A DNA stretch of 64,000 bases, taken from assembly GCF_004010195.1 (NCBI RefSeq), contig NC_057718.1:77749571-77813570 (forward strand). The letters run 5' to 3'. Made by a program: the position numbers and the translations under genes. Shown in pieces: positions 38,146-50,927 of this stretch. The first letter of the stretch is position 1, and the number at the start of each line of letters is the position of its first letter. The notes below the pieces were generated by a model. The model had not been told where the DNA came from. It made no database searches and saw nothing but the letters and a program-made list of their open reading frames with translations. Source of the DNA: Chiloscyllium plagiosum. Taxonomy: Eukaryota.

Positions 38146-39329
38146 GCAACTGTGAGCCCTAAGACTGTGAGACAGGCACAAACCACCTCCTTCCTCCTAT
38201 CCTTGAAATCCCAGTCCACAGCCCAAACTGGAAAAGGAGGAAAACCCAGATGAAAGCCAACTTACCTCCAAATTCCATAATAACATGAATTCCACAACAC
38301 CATCTCAACTCAGAGCGTGCACTATCAAAGGTGAGAACATAGTTAAACTTAGCTAAACTGAGTTAACCAAACTTGGTTCGGCCATAATTTCTGCACACCG
38401 ACACCTATCTTTCTAGTGATAATGCATTGGGCTCCAGTCTGAGTGTCTTTAGTTCTGATTCTTAACCAAAAGGGCAAAACAAAACGTTTTATTAGTCAGC
38501 TCTGCAGCTTGATAAGTTTTGTTAATTACTCATTTATTTTAAATATCACTTTATTGCTTTGAATTTGTTTTTTAAATTAATGTCTACTGTTTTGCCATAC
38601 CTTATTTTTCTGAGATTTGCACATCAGGCCCTCCTGAGTGAGGAAAAATTGAAAGATAACAACCCCACATGAAAAGTTTGGGCAACTTTGATTTACACCA
38701 ACTACCTAAAGATCCACACAAAATGAGATTGACAGGTCAGAAATCACGGTCAATGTCTCTTTTGTATAACTGCCAAAAGCAGGTCACACAATCTACTTGC
38801 ACGTAGCAAAATTCAAAGACTTAGCCATTTATCCTGTTGAAAATAATGACTGGTGAGCTCTAGAGACGCATAATTTAGCGTGTCCCAGTTTTTGCATTCA
38901 CACTCCTTTCTTGAATATTCAAATAGGCAAGAAAAAAATTAAGATAAAGAAAGTAGAAAGAAGGAAACAAAACAATGCATTTCTCTGGTGCACCTCATGC
39001 ATCAATATGCCTCAGAATACTTTACGCTTTGTGGGAAACGAAAAGACATCACACAGGATAGAAAAAGCAAAATGTTGAGTTAAATGCATGCAGGATTATA
39101 GCAATAATTCCTAAGAAGGCCTTTCAATGCTGACAGGAAGTGGTAAGACTCTTTCAACTGTACCAAACTAGTACCTTCACCTTGTCCTCTGGATCAAAAA
39201 ACAAAAGCAAAATATATTTGCTACTCTAGAGTTCATCTGTTTAATTTCTTCAAATGCATTTAAGTCTCATATCATCACATATTTTGCTAGCATGAGCCAA
39301 TTTTATAAGTATACTGGAAGCATGTGCTC

Positions 39330-40620
39330 CATAATCTTCATTAGAAACAGCAAGTGACCCAAAACAGACACTGAGGAAACACACTAATGACTGCTGCCCT
39401 GACAGAGCTATTTCCACCATCTGCTTCCGATTTCTACATTAATTTTCAGGCCAAGCAGCAATTAGCTCTTCAATGTCTTTTTATAAGCTTCATATAAACA
39501 GCTCCCCAAATGCTTCCCTGTATTCATCTAGTTGTGCTCAGGATGTGGACAGAGCTGCCAAGATTACATTCATGAGAAGATGGTTCTCCTTCAACCATAC
39601 AGTCCTTTCAGTGGCACTGTTCATTATTGTTCTGCAAGGGCTGCTTTACAACTGAGGAGCTTGCAAAGTCTGCTTACAAGGGAGCTAGGCCACGAAAACG
39701 GATGTTGCAGGACCCCTCAGGAAGGTGCTAGAAAGTTCGTAAATGGTGTGCTCCATGTTTTCACCCACTTTCAAGCTTAAAAAGGCAAGAATGCAAGTGT
39801 GGCAAAAGTAAGGACTGCAGATACTGGAAACTAGAGTTTAGATCAGAGTGGTGCTGGAAAAGCACAGCAGGTCAGGCAGCATCCGAGGAGCAGGAAAATC
39901 GACGTTTCGGGCAAAAGCCCCTCATGAGGAATAGAGACAGGAATGCAGGTGTGCCGTGTGCATGCTCAAAACATCGAATGCAGATGATTCTGATGTCAAA
40001 CAGCTTTTCTGGCTGATTTGAGGCACCTTTTCAACCATACTCAGATTCATGGAATGCCTGTGATAATCACTCTCGCATTTAGATTCACAAGTACACCCAG
40101 GCTGTGAGATTTAATACCTCCCTGTGCGGCATTCACCATTATGTCTGGGAGGTGACTGAGGTTCTATTCACAAGAGGTATTTTCATTGCATTCTTTTTAG
40201 CAGAAGTTGCAGCATGAGAGGGCATGCTTGTCTGCCAAGTTAGCAGGATTTCCAATGATGCAGAGATTCATCAATTGTTGGCCCGACATGTCAATGGAAA
40301 CAAGTGCTGAATTGCAAAGGCTACAATGCCATCAATACACGGTTTGCTGTATGACGTCTGCTGTTGTTGAGTTGATGAATGCCTAGTATGTTAACACAAA
40401 CTAGGACATCTACAGTTGATGTCGATTGCTGTTCCCTTCATCTTCCAGCCTCCAAGACAAAGAAATAGGATAGCTGCCCAGACAAAAGGGATACACCCTC
40501 TGCCCTAACTGATGAAAATTCCACCTCACCAGCACCTAGGCAAAAACCACAGGCCTACAATGAAGGCCTACAATGAACATTCTTAAGTAACAGCTCCATT
40601 GCCTGGATCAGTTGGTTTCA
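39330..40620 (+). pseudogene. Highly decayed Harbinger (HARBI1-like) transposase fragments
   Basis: AGFPMMQRFINC at about 40242 (cf. AGFP.VQGAIDC); G*LPRQKGYTL at about 40468 (cf. GWLLGDKGYPL); YSP..ALFIIV..LYN at about 39600. Confidence 0.5.
39802..39940 (-). mobile_element. PLE mini-element (family A), single arm, 13-bp TSD
   Basis: gaatgca(a/g)gtgtg at 39789-39801 and 39941-39953. Confidence 0.85.
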
Positions 40621-42098
40621 GCCCTACAGTACTCACTGGAGTGTTTTATAGCATCTGTTGCATCCTTCACAATTTCTCAACCATCTGGTGAAAGCCATTG
40701 CTACTAGGCATCTGAAGGCCATCTTGGCAGTGAGAAGGTTGGGAGGCATGTCAAATGCAATTGGGACTCTTACTCTGCAAGAGTTCTCTGAAAGTGCCTC
40801 TTAAGGCTCCACTTTGGTTTAAAGTTCACACAGTGCCACTATCTGAACTCATGGTTGTGAGTGTCAGATAAACTGATTGTGTTTCTTCATCAATGGTGTA
40901 TTACTGCTCTTTTTTTCTCCAGTATTCCCCATTAGAGGAATTTCCCCAGGATTAAAAACTAGAAATGCTATACGTCATTGACCTCTGATTCCACAGGTAA
41001 TTAACTACATGGCATGGTAATGCTCTCTATATGCCCTTATATAAAGAGAGGACCCAGTTTTATGTCTTCCAAGTGGCTGAACTATTAAGTTAAGTGAATT
41101 CCTAGAAAGGAGCATAAGTGCTATGGTTGAATATTGAATGCTTGATATTGGAATTGAAACTGATAAATAAATCTTATCACACTGTGTAGTCTCTAAGGAA
41201 ATGGATGAATCCAAAATGAAAAGCAGATGTATTTCTATAGGCAAGAGTAGAGAGTGGACGAATTTCTTTTCAGTTAGTGCAGACATGATGAACTGAATGG
41301 CCTCCTTCTGTGCTATAAGTTTAGTTTCTATGTTTACAAAGGGCAGTTTTATGGTTATTATAAAAATGACCATTTTTTTGTTGATCTGTTTCTCAGAGAG
41401 AATTTATTCTTTGTTATTTACATTGGTGTTTGAGGATATCAAGATAGTAAAATATCGATCTAAATCTAGAACTGAAGTGCTGTTTAATGCCACTAAATCA
41501 AGATGAGCAATTAATTACGATGTATTTTCAGTCCATTTTACACCAACATAAAATATTATCAGGCCATCCATCAGGAAGTGGCTGAAGGCAATGTATTGAT
41601 GTTGTAGGGTTGCAAAATCAACTAATAGCTGGGCTGGAGTGCTCCATCAATCTTCTTTTCTACTATTTCTAAAACAAAAATAAACTAGGTTAGACAGCCC
41701 CTCGTGGAGCACAGTAACACAAAAATATCAAAAGTTCAAAAGCTACTTACAATGGGAACCTATCACAATTCAATCTAAATACCAGTTTGTGGTGTGACAA
41801 TACAGCCTCGACCACGTGGGGCCCACTGGTCCCTAAAGATCAGAACCAAACCTCCTTCGTAGTTATTTTAATAACCTGTTCAGACATGTTTTAGCGCATA
41901 CTTGATACTTGAAGAAAGGAGCACTACCACTGTGCCACAAGACCTGCCTAAACAAATATTTTCAATCAAGCTGTACAGACATGCTATTACACACCTCTAG
42001 AGCCGGTGGGACTTGAAGCCAGACCTCCAGCCAAGATGTATGGACAATACCACTGTGCCACAGAGCTCCAAATCCTCCTTTTAAATTAATTTTAGCCA

Positions 42099-42138
42099 CC
42101 CCCAATGGATTCAAATCCATCACCTCAACCACTAGACC
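42099..42138 (-). pseudogene. tRNA-Ser 5'/anticodon fragment
   Basis: ggtctagtggttgaggtgatggatttgaatccattgggg vs vertebrate tRNA-Ser GGCCGAGTGGTTAAGGCGATGGACTnGAAATCCATTGGGG. Confidence 0.7.
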
Positions 42139-42329
42139 AAGAGTATGCCTTATTCTCCGTTATGGATATTTTTAATCAAGTTGTTCAGACCTGTTAGGAC
42201 ACATCTCCAGTGAAGATGGGACTTGAACTCAGACCTTCTGGCCCGGAAGTAGGTACAATGCCACTGTGTCACAAAGACCCTTAATTAACTTGGCAGGCAA
42301 TTGTTTAGAAACAACATTGATATGAAACC

Positions 42330-42373
42330 CAGACAGTAGGATTCAAACCTGTACGGGGATATCCCAATGGACT
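42330..42373 (-). pseudogene. tRNA-Ser 3' fragment
   Basis: tccattgggatatccccgtacaggtttgaatcctactg vs TCCATTGGGGTCTCCCCGCGCAGGTTCGAATCCTGCCG. Confidence 0.7.
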
Positions 42374-42899
42374 ATACATTATTCTCCTTTACAGATGTTT
42401 TTAATAAAATTAGTAAACCTATTCAGATACATTATGACATACCTCTGGAGCAGGTGGAACTTGAACCAAAGTCACCTGGCTTAGGGGTAGGGACATTACT
42501 GCTGTATCACAAAAGCCCTTTATCCTCAGTTATAGGTATTTTTAATCAAAATGCTCAGGTGTGTCCTTCCACACCCCTGTTGCAGGTAGGACTTGAACTC
42601 AGGTTTTCAGGCTCAGAGGTAGGAACACCTTTCTATGCCAAGTACATACCACAGAGCCCCAAAACCTATTTTCAATCAACCTATTAAGTCATGTTGTTAC
42701 ACACTTCCAACACAGTGGACAAGAAGGCTCAAAGGCAGGAATATTACTCTGTGCCACAAGAACCCTTTATTCTCCCTTCCATCTCCCTTCAGTTGCAAAG
42801 AAGCTTAATACTGGACTTATAACATTAAATCTCTTACTCTTTCCATTGTGCTACTCGACTTGCTGAGTTTCTCGAGCAATCATAAGATGACACCAGGAA

Positions 42900-43595
42900 T
42901 GCAAAATGTAGTTCTAGTCTCCATATTTTAAGGAAGAATATTTTTAAGTTGGAGTCAGTGTAGCAAAGGTTCACTGAGTTGGGCCCTGGGATGGGAGATT
43001 GACCTATGATGAGAGCCTGAGTAAATTGGGCCTATATTTTCTGGAGTTTAGAGGAATGAGAAGTGATCTCATTGAAACATACAATATTCTGAAGACACTG
43101 AGGGTTGATTCTGCTGAACTATGGAATCTAGAATATTGGAATCATGTTTCAGGAGAAAAGGGAGATCATTTAGGTCTGAGGCAAAAGCATTTCACTCAAG
43201 GCTTGTGAATCTTTGGAATTCTCCATCTCACAAGATTGTGACTGTTCTATCAATGACAAAGACTGAAATAGACAAATGGGATGGTCTCTCAGGGTATCAA
43301 TAGATATGAGAAGTGGATGAATAAATGGAATTCAAGAGTATGGTGCTGGAAAAGCATAACAGGTCAGGCAGCATCTGAGGAGCAGGAGAATAGACATTTC
43401 GGGCATAAGCCCTATTCTCCTGCTCCTCAGATGCTGTCTGACCTGCTGTGTTTTTTCAGCACCCCACTCTCGATTCTGATCTCCAGCACCTCACTTTCTC
43501 TGGATAAGTGAAATTGAATGCCATGATCCGCCCATGATTGTAATAAATGAAAGAGCATACATAATAGATCATGTGGTGTACTTCAACTCCTATCA
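42900..43595 (+). mobile_element. CR1 3' fragment with nested family A hairpin (about 43333-43500)
   Basis: YDESLSKLGLYFLEFRGMRSDLIETYNIL; degenerate TSD tgaataaatggaatt / tggataagtgaaatt. Confidence 0.8.
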
Positions 43596-44094
43596 CAAAC
43601 TTTCTTGCACAAGTAATAAACTGATCATGATAATTTGCTCCTTGAATGGGAGGAAAGATGTTGAGGATGAGGGAAAATGATGGTGTGATGTTGTGGAATC
43701 ATGTAACGCAAAATATTTTTTGTGCACTCACTCTATTAACAGTGCATAATATTTATTTAAAGAACAGTCAACTGTCACTTTTGCTTCACTCCAGACAAAA
43801 CATTGTGCTTGATGGTATTTTCAATCATGGAGCTTCTTAAAAATTACATAATTTCTTACTAAGCCATATTCTGTTCTGACATAGATAATCATTACCATTC
43901 CTCATGGACACAGGGTCAAACTCTAGGAACTCCATTTCTAAGAAACTTTGGATCACCTTCATTACTTAGAATGCAATGCCTCAAGAAGAAGATCCACCAC
44001 AATTTTCTAAAGGTATCTGGGGATGGACAATAATTATCGGCATTACCAGAAATCTCCTCATCATTATAAATGAATAAAAAAATTCAGAGCATGC

Positions 44095-44655
44095 ATGTCT
44101 CTTGGAGTATTGTGCACAGTTTTGGTCACCCTATTATGGGAAAGACATAGTTAAACTGGAAAGAGTGCAAAGAAGATTTATGAGGATGTTGCCAGGACTA
44201 GTAGACCTGAGTTACAGGGAGAGGTTGACCAGGATAGAACTTTATACCTTGAGAATGTAGGAGAATGAGGGTGTGACCTTATTGAGGTATATAGAATCAT
44301 GAGGGACATAGATAGGATGAATGCATATAGTCTTTTTTCCAGAGATGGGGAATTGAAAACTAGACAGCATAGGTATAAGGTCAGAGGGGAAAGATTTAAG
44401 AAGGACCTGAGGGGCAACTTCTTCGTGCAGAGAGTGATGTTTGTACAGAATGGGCTGCCAGAGAAAGTGGGAGAGGCAGGTACAATAGCAACATTTAAAA
44501 AAAACATCTGGATAGGTACATGTATGGGAAGGGTTTAGAGGGATATGGACCAAATGTGGGCAATTGGAATTAGCCAAATGGGCACCATGGACAGCATGGA
44601 CCAGTTTGGGCTGAAGGGCCTGTTTCCATGCTATTTTACTCTATGACTCTATGTC
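44095..44655 (+). mobile_element. CR1 3' fragment (younger)
   Basis: LEYCAQFWSP, RFKKDLRGNFFVQRV, tail (actctatg)n. Confidence 0.9.
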
Positions 44656-47600
44656 ACTTAATACATTTATGATACCTTGTATTACAAATTTCTTGTCCTG
44701 AAATAAATGGAGGACGGGATTTTGGGTCACATTATGGATTTGATGGATGTTTGCAATGTTTATGCTTCATCTGTTAAATTAATATTGTGAGAGACTAGTT
44801 CATGCTCATTAGTTAGTGTGCATGCTTTTCACTTTGTCATGATAATGGATCATAAACCTTATTACTAATGGATATATGTCCTTAAAAGAAAGACATAGAA
44901 ACCAAAAGATAGCTAAAGAATGTAAATTCAGTAGCTGTTGGAAAAATGCCTATGTGAATTAAACAGAGTTCTGACAGGAAACATGAAATGTCACACTTGG
45001 ACAATGTCATGGGAACTTCATCATACAACTACATGGAATGTATGGATGTGACAGAAACTCTTCAAAGTGAGAGATGGCATTTAAAAAGAACAAGCAGTGA
45101 TATCCTGTGACTACAGGGACCGTGAGAGGCTAATAACCCTATCATCTCCTGTGGGATTCCAGACTGTAGACATGGTATGTGTTAAAAGAAAGGCATTGCG
45201 GGCAAAAGACATATTTATGTTTTAACTTTCCAAGACAACATTAAAACATTCGAAAGAAAGTTAAAATACATTTCAGTCTCCAGTTTCTGAGTGCTTTAGG
45301 GCTGCTCTGCTAGTGTGATAACTTGACACTCAAGTTCCACTGTGCTGAATTGTACTGTGAAGGGACACATCTGAGAATCTTCCCAAAATTCCCCTGCATT
45401 TGCAGGTTAAAAAAAGTCTCAAACTATGAATGCTGAAAGAAGTCAAGTTGGTAAAGTCACTGTTCGAGGAAACTGGACAAACTCCTTTTAGCTAACCTCA
45501 GAACCAAGATACCCCAAACAACTACTGTCGGCTTTTATTCCCACTTTCCCTGGTCCATCAGGTTTATTATGAATATCAACAGCCCAAGGCAGTTCTAACA
45601 ATGGAAAATACCCTATGTCCTTCATTAAGATAAAGTACACTGTGAAAACTACTGAAAAAATCGTACCCACATAAAGCTTACAATGACAAGTCAACCATTT
45701 AGGTGGAATTGGCTGAACAGATGATCAGCATGCTCTGTCTCAACTTCTCCATCACTGATCAGTTGACCACCCCCTGCAAGTTGCTTTATACACTTTCCAC
45801 ACAAACAAGCTATGCATTTTACACTTGAAACTATCCAATCTCCAGAAAGTGATCAGTTTCATAACTGGCAAACATCACAGATGTGTCATGAGTTTACCAA
45901 TTAATCCATTAAAACATGCTTGTGTCGCCTAGAAAAAAACCACTAATCTCCTGCCCTTAATGAATTTTGACATAAAACAATAGCTTGCACTTGCTGTTCA
46001 CCATTTTAATGTCATCCAATCAGTTGTATGATGTATACACAGCACAATTCCATGACAATCGCGATTCAGCTGATAAGTAGCCCACATTATTAAATCTGAT
46101 TAATTGTGTATGTTTTAAACAAAACTTAAACCTTTCCAGAGTTTCTGTAACATTTCAGCCCATTGCTGCTTGAGTTCACTGCTAGATAAAAACAAGCATT
46201 CACATTCCTTTAGCCTAAATGCAAACACTTTGAAAACCCGTGACCTCTCCCTAATCATTAGGCCTTCACTAAGCTTCATATGTTTTCTACTTCTCATTTC
46301 ATTCTAATTTATTTCCATTTAACTTCATTTTGGCTAACCCAGAAAATTTTAGGTTAATATCTACACTGTTAAAGTCAGCACTACTGGAAGTATTCACCTT
46401 CTAGGTCTACCACAGCAGCAGTAGCAAACCACTCTATGAGGACGTAGGAGCAAATTACTGTAAATACTGGAATCTGTACTGAAAACAAGAAATCCTGCAG
46501 CTCAAACAGCATCTGTGGAGAGAAAGCACGATCATGTTTTGAGTCTAGGTGACTCTTCATCAGAGCTGAAGTGCAGTGTGGAGGGGGCAGCATTTATGCT
46601 ATGATCGGAACATGAGAAGGGCACAACAATGGTGTGGCTAACTGGAAAGAACAGAAAGTTCCAATCGGGTGGGGGAGGGGGAGAGAGAGGAGATGGTAAC
46701 AGTGAATGTAACAAGCAAAGCTAAAAGAAATGGAAGGGATAGGTTCACAATTAAAAGGTGTGGAACTCAATATTATGCCCAGATGGTTGTAAAGTGCCAA
46801 GTTTGATGATGAGTTGTTGCTCCTTCAGTTTTTGCTGATTTGTTGGAGCACTCAGTATACCCAGGACAGACAAGTTGGCATGTGAGCAGGATGCAGTGTT
46901 AAAATAACCAGCAACGGGAAGTTCGCGGTCATGCTTGCATGCAGACCAGAGGTATTCTGCAAAACAGTCACCCAGTCTGCATTTGGTTTCTTCAATATAC
47001 AGTAGGCCACGTTAGGTGAAGCAAATACAATACTCAAAATTGGAGAGGTACAGGTGAAATGCTGCTTCACCTGGAAAGACTGTTTAGGTCCTTGGATGGC
47101 GAGCTGGGAGAATATGAAGGGGCTGGTGTTGCACCTTCTATGGTTACATGGGAAGGTGGTGTGAGAGGATGTGGGTGGATTTGGTGGTCAAGGAATGAAC
47201 TACAGCTCTCAGAGGGAATGATCCCTACAAAATGCAGACAGCGGGAGTGAGGGGAGGATGTATTTGGTGGTGGTGTTCTGGTGAAGTTGTCTGATATGAT
47301 GGAGAATGATCTTTTGAATGAAAAGTGAGATAAAGGGGAATCCAATTACACTGTTGTGAGTGATGGGAAGGGGCAAGGGTTGAAGGACAGGTGATAGATC
47401 AGATGCAGTTGAGGGCCCTGGCCATCACAGTTGGCCGTGGTTTCCCACCATTGTGAGAGCCAGGGCTTTAACCTCTTCTCGTGGCACCTCCCCATGTAAC
47501 TGCAGACGATGCATTACTGCCCCTTCACCTCATCCCTGTTCACTATCCAAGGGCCTAAACAGTCTTTCCAGGTGAAGCAGCATTTCACCTGTACTTTCTC

Positions 47601-47974
47601 CAATCTTGTGGATTGTATTTGCTGCATCCAATGTGGCCTACTCGATATTGGAGAAACCAAAAGCAGACTGGGTGACCACTTTGTGGAACACCTTTGGTCT
47701 GTATGCAAACATGACCTCAGCCATTCGATAGCCAGTCATTTTAACACAGCATCCTGCTTGCATGCTCACTTGTCTGGCCTCAGCATGCTACAATGCTCCA
47801 GCAAAAACTGAAGGAGCAACATCTCACCATCAAACTAGGTACTTTACAACATTCTAAGCTTAATATTGAGGTCAACACCTTCAAATTGTGAACCCATTCC
47901 TTCCCTTTCTTTTAGCTTTGCCTATTACATTCACCGTTGCCATGTACTTTCTCCTCTACTCCCCACCCCACCCT

Positions 47975-49555
47975 TCCTTTGGACTCATGGCGAGAAATCA
48001 TTGAACCTCTATGTGACGATATCAAGAAGTTTCATCCCACTAACAGACTTATCATGGACTACTCTTCAGAATCATTCTCATTCTTGGACACGTGCATCTC
48101 CATTAAGGATGTACACCTCAGTATTTCACTCTACTACAAGGCCATGGATAACCTCACAATGCTTCACTTCTCAAGCTTCCACCCTAAACACGTTAAAGAA
48201 GTCATCCCCTACAGACATACACTGCGCACACAAAGGATCTGCCTAGACGAGGAGGAATGCGACAGACTCCTGCAAACTCTGAAAGATACCCTCTTACGAA
48301 TGGGATACGATGCTCAGCTCATCAATTGCCAGTTCCGACATGCCACAGCAAAAACTGCAACAATCTCCTCAGAAGACAGATAAGGGACATGACCAATAGA
48401 GTATCCTTCATCGATCAGTCCTTCCCTGTAACGGAGAAACTATGCCATGTTCTTCATAGTCTTCAACATGACATCAGTGACAATGAACATCTTGACAATG
48501 CCATGCCTCCACTTCTTGCCTTCAAACAACCACTGAACCTCAAACAGACCATCGTTTGCAGTAATCTACCCAGCCTTCAGGAGAACAGCAACCACAACAC
48601 CACGTAACCCTGCCATGGCAACCGCTGCAAGACATGTCAGATCATCGACATGGATACTACCATCACACGTGGGAACACCACCCACCACGTGCATGCAGAT
48701 ACCCATGTGACTCAGCCAATGTTGTCTACCTCACAAGCTGCAGGAAAGAATGCCCCGAGGCATGTATATCAGCGAGAACATGCAGACGCTACGACAACAA
48801 GCACAACAATCATCAGACAGGGATGCTCCCTCCCAGTCAGGGAACATTTCAGCGGTCAAGGACATTCAGCCCATCTTTGGGTAAGTACCCTCCAAGGCAG
48901 CCTTTGAGATACACAACAATTCAGAATTGTCAAGCAGAAATTGATAGCTAAGTTCCATTTGCAGGAGGACGGTCTCAGCCATGATCTTGGATTCATGTTG
49001 TGCTCTATGTAACCTCACCTCACTGATCTGCGTAAAATCTTCCTTACTGTTCTGTTTTGATGCCATCACCTTGATAACTTGTTATTGTCTCTCCAACTTA
49101 ATTAGCTTGTACAATCTGGGATTAATTGTTACTTTGGTTAGACCTTCATCATGAGATTCTCATAACTATCATGTTATTCCAGCCATTTGGTTTGTCACTA
49201 GCACCATCTTAATTTTGATTTTTTGTAATTATCTTTCTGCCTTAATTAATGGGATTATAGGTCATCTCTTCACTTGTTATTCAGCTGTTGACACTTTACT
49301 CACAGTGTTTGACATTTCTGACCACCTGCAAAGACTTGTTATTTCAGTTTGGCAACACTCCACTCACACTATATGTATGATTTTTTTTGACACTCTCATT
49401 ACCTGCCGTTATCTCTCTACAAATAGGTTCTGTGCCTGTGCGCTTCCCTCCACTTCACCTGATGAAGAAGCAGCGCTCCAAAAGCTTGTGCTTTCTAATA
49501 AATATGTTGGACTATAACCTAGTATTGTGTGACTTCTGGCTTTGTCCCCCCATCC
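47975..49555 (+). mobile_element. 5'-truncated PLE (family B): RT C-terminus, GIY-YIG and terminal repeat
   Basis: SFLDTCISI..YYKAMD..SSFHPKHVKEVIPY; CDSANVVYLTSC; hammerhead-like CTGATGAAGAAGCAGCGCTCCAAAAGCTT at about 49459. Confidence 0.85.
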
Positions 49556-49728
49556 CAGTGGAATTGTCTATTCTTTCCAATCTGGCAGGTTAGACACACC
49601 ATTGTTGTGCCATTATGACGTTCCGATCACTTAATCTGAATTATCAACATCCTTTCTTCCCCAGCACTCCAACGCACACCCTCCCACCCACTATTACATA
49701 AATGCTGCCCCCTCCACATTTCATTTTA

Positions 49729-49765
49729 GCTCTGATGAAGAGTCATCTAGACTCGAAATGTTAGT
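49729..49765 (+). ncRNA. Minimal hammerhead ribozyme motif (family C)
   Basis: gct-CTGATGA-A-GAGTC-ATCTA-GACTC-GAAA-TG-TT-agt. Confidence 0.65.
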
Positions 49766-49996
49766 TTGCTTTCTCTCCATGGATGCTGCCTGACCCGCAA
49801 CGATCTCCAGCATTTCTTGTTTTCCTCCTGTGAGGATGTTGGTTGAATTCTCTTCGGATGTAATCTGTTTCATCTAGACTCGAAATGTTAGTTTGCTTTC
49901 TCTCCATGGATGCTGCCTGACCCACAACGATCTCCAGCATTTCTTGTTTTCCTCCTGTGAGGATGTTGGTTGCATTCTCTTCGGATGTAATCTGTT
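49743..49996. repeat. 127-bp tandem duplication
   Basis: 49743-49869 repeated at 49870-49996 with 2 substitutions seen. Confidence 0.95.
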
Positions 49997-50019
49997 CAAC
50001 TTGTTCAGCTCCTACCTTG

Positions 50020-50585
50020 CCAGAATGTGGTCCAATGTCTCAGGAATCTAAAGCTCTCCCTCCTCTACTATTTCTCTAGCCATGCTTTTATCCCATTGAT
50101 CTTTCTATATTCTTATTATCACTACTGAATCTGGAGATTACTACCTTGGATGTCCTGCTTTTCAATTTCTGATCTAACTCACTAAGTTCTGCTTTCAGGA
50201 CCTAATTTCTCATCCTTCTTACTTCATTGATTTCAGCATGGACCACAATTTCACCTTGTTCAACCTCCCCTTTCAGACTGCCCGACAGCAATTCTGTGAT
50301 ATTCTTGACACTGGCACATGAGAGGCCACATACCATCTTGGATTCATATGTACGTCCACAAAAACTCCTGTCTACTCCTTTCATTAATGAGTACCCTGCC
50401 AGTCCTGTGCTTCCATTCTTCTTACTTTGCAAACCACAAGTACCTCTCTGCATCCAATTCTGCAATCTGTGGGATGACTACAACCTGAAATGTCTGAGCC
50501 TCTCAACCTAATGAGTGCCCCAGCTCCAAAACCCACAGTACGAGTTGCTCCAGCAGGAGGCTCCTCCTGCACTCATGGTCATCCA
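50020..50585 (-). mobile_element. CR1 ORF1 fragment
   Basis: FCGRTYESKMVCGLSCASVKNITELLSGSLKGEVEQGEIVVH. Confidence 0.75.
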
Positions 50586-50590
50586 TGAGT

Positions 50591-50927
50591 GGGCGGCACG
50601 GTGGCACAATGGTTAGCATTGCTGCCTCACAGCGCCAGAGACCCGGGTTCAATTCCCGCCGCAGACGACTGACTGTGTGGAGTTTGCACATTCTCGCCGT
50701 GTCTGCGTGGGTTTCCTCCGGGTGCTCCGGTTTCCTCCCACAGTCACAAAGATGTGCAGGTTAGATGAATTGGCCATGCTAAATTGCCCGTAGTGTTAGG
50801 TAAGGGGTAGATGTAGGGGTATGGGTGGGTTGCGCTTCGGCGGGGCGGTGTGGACTTGTTGGGCCGAAGGGCCTGTTTCCACACTGTAAGTAATCTAGTA
50901 ATCTAATCTAATCTAATCTAGTAATCC
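50591..50927 (+). mobile_element. HE1-like V-SINE, young full-length copy
   Basis: A box tggcacaatgg, B box ggttcaattcc, CpGs retained, (taatc)n tail. Confidence 0.9.

Larger units (their letters stand above)
41865..42775 (-). repeat. Tandem array of six tRNA-like units with tRNA-Ser fragments
   Basis: Units read (minus) gggtcttgtggcacagtgg (A box)...ggttcaagtccc (B box)...tgtctgaac. Confidence 0.8.
46446..49827. mobile_element. Fold-back PLE (family C), GIY-YIG remnants on both arms, interrupted by a family B PLE
   Basis: Arms meet near 47435; FTCTFSNLVDCICCIQCGLLDIGETK; TSD ct(a/g)tgagga(c/t)gt at 46434-46445 and 49828-49839. Confidence 0.85.

Noticed and set aside
37289..38219. ORFs of 154-245 aa
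   Set aside because: Stop-poor low-complexity GA tract with no domain.
41865..42775. CRISPR-like periodicity or functional tRNA cluster
   Set aside because: Eukaryotic context, units long and diverged, no cas genes, and no complete tRNA cloverleaf.
45497..45639. Possible minus-strand exon (cacag...GAG|gttagc, one open frame)
   Set aside because: Peptide not recognisable and no supporting neighbouring exons; compatible with chance.
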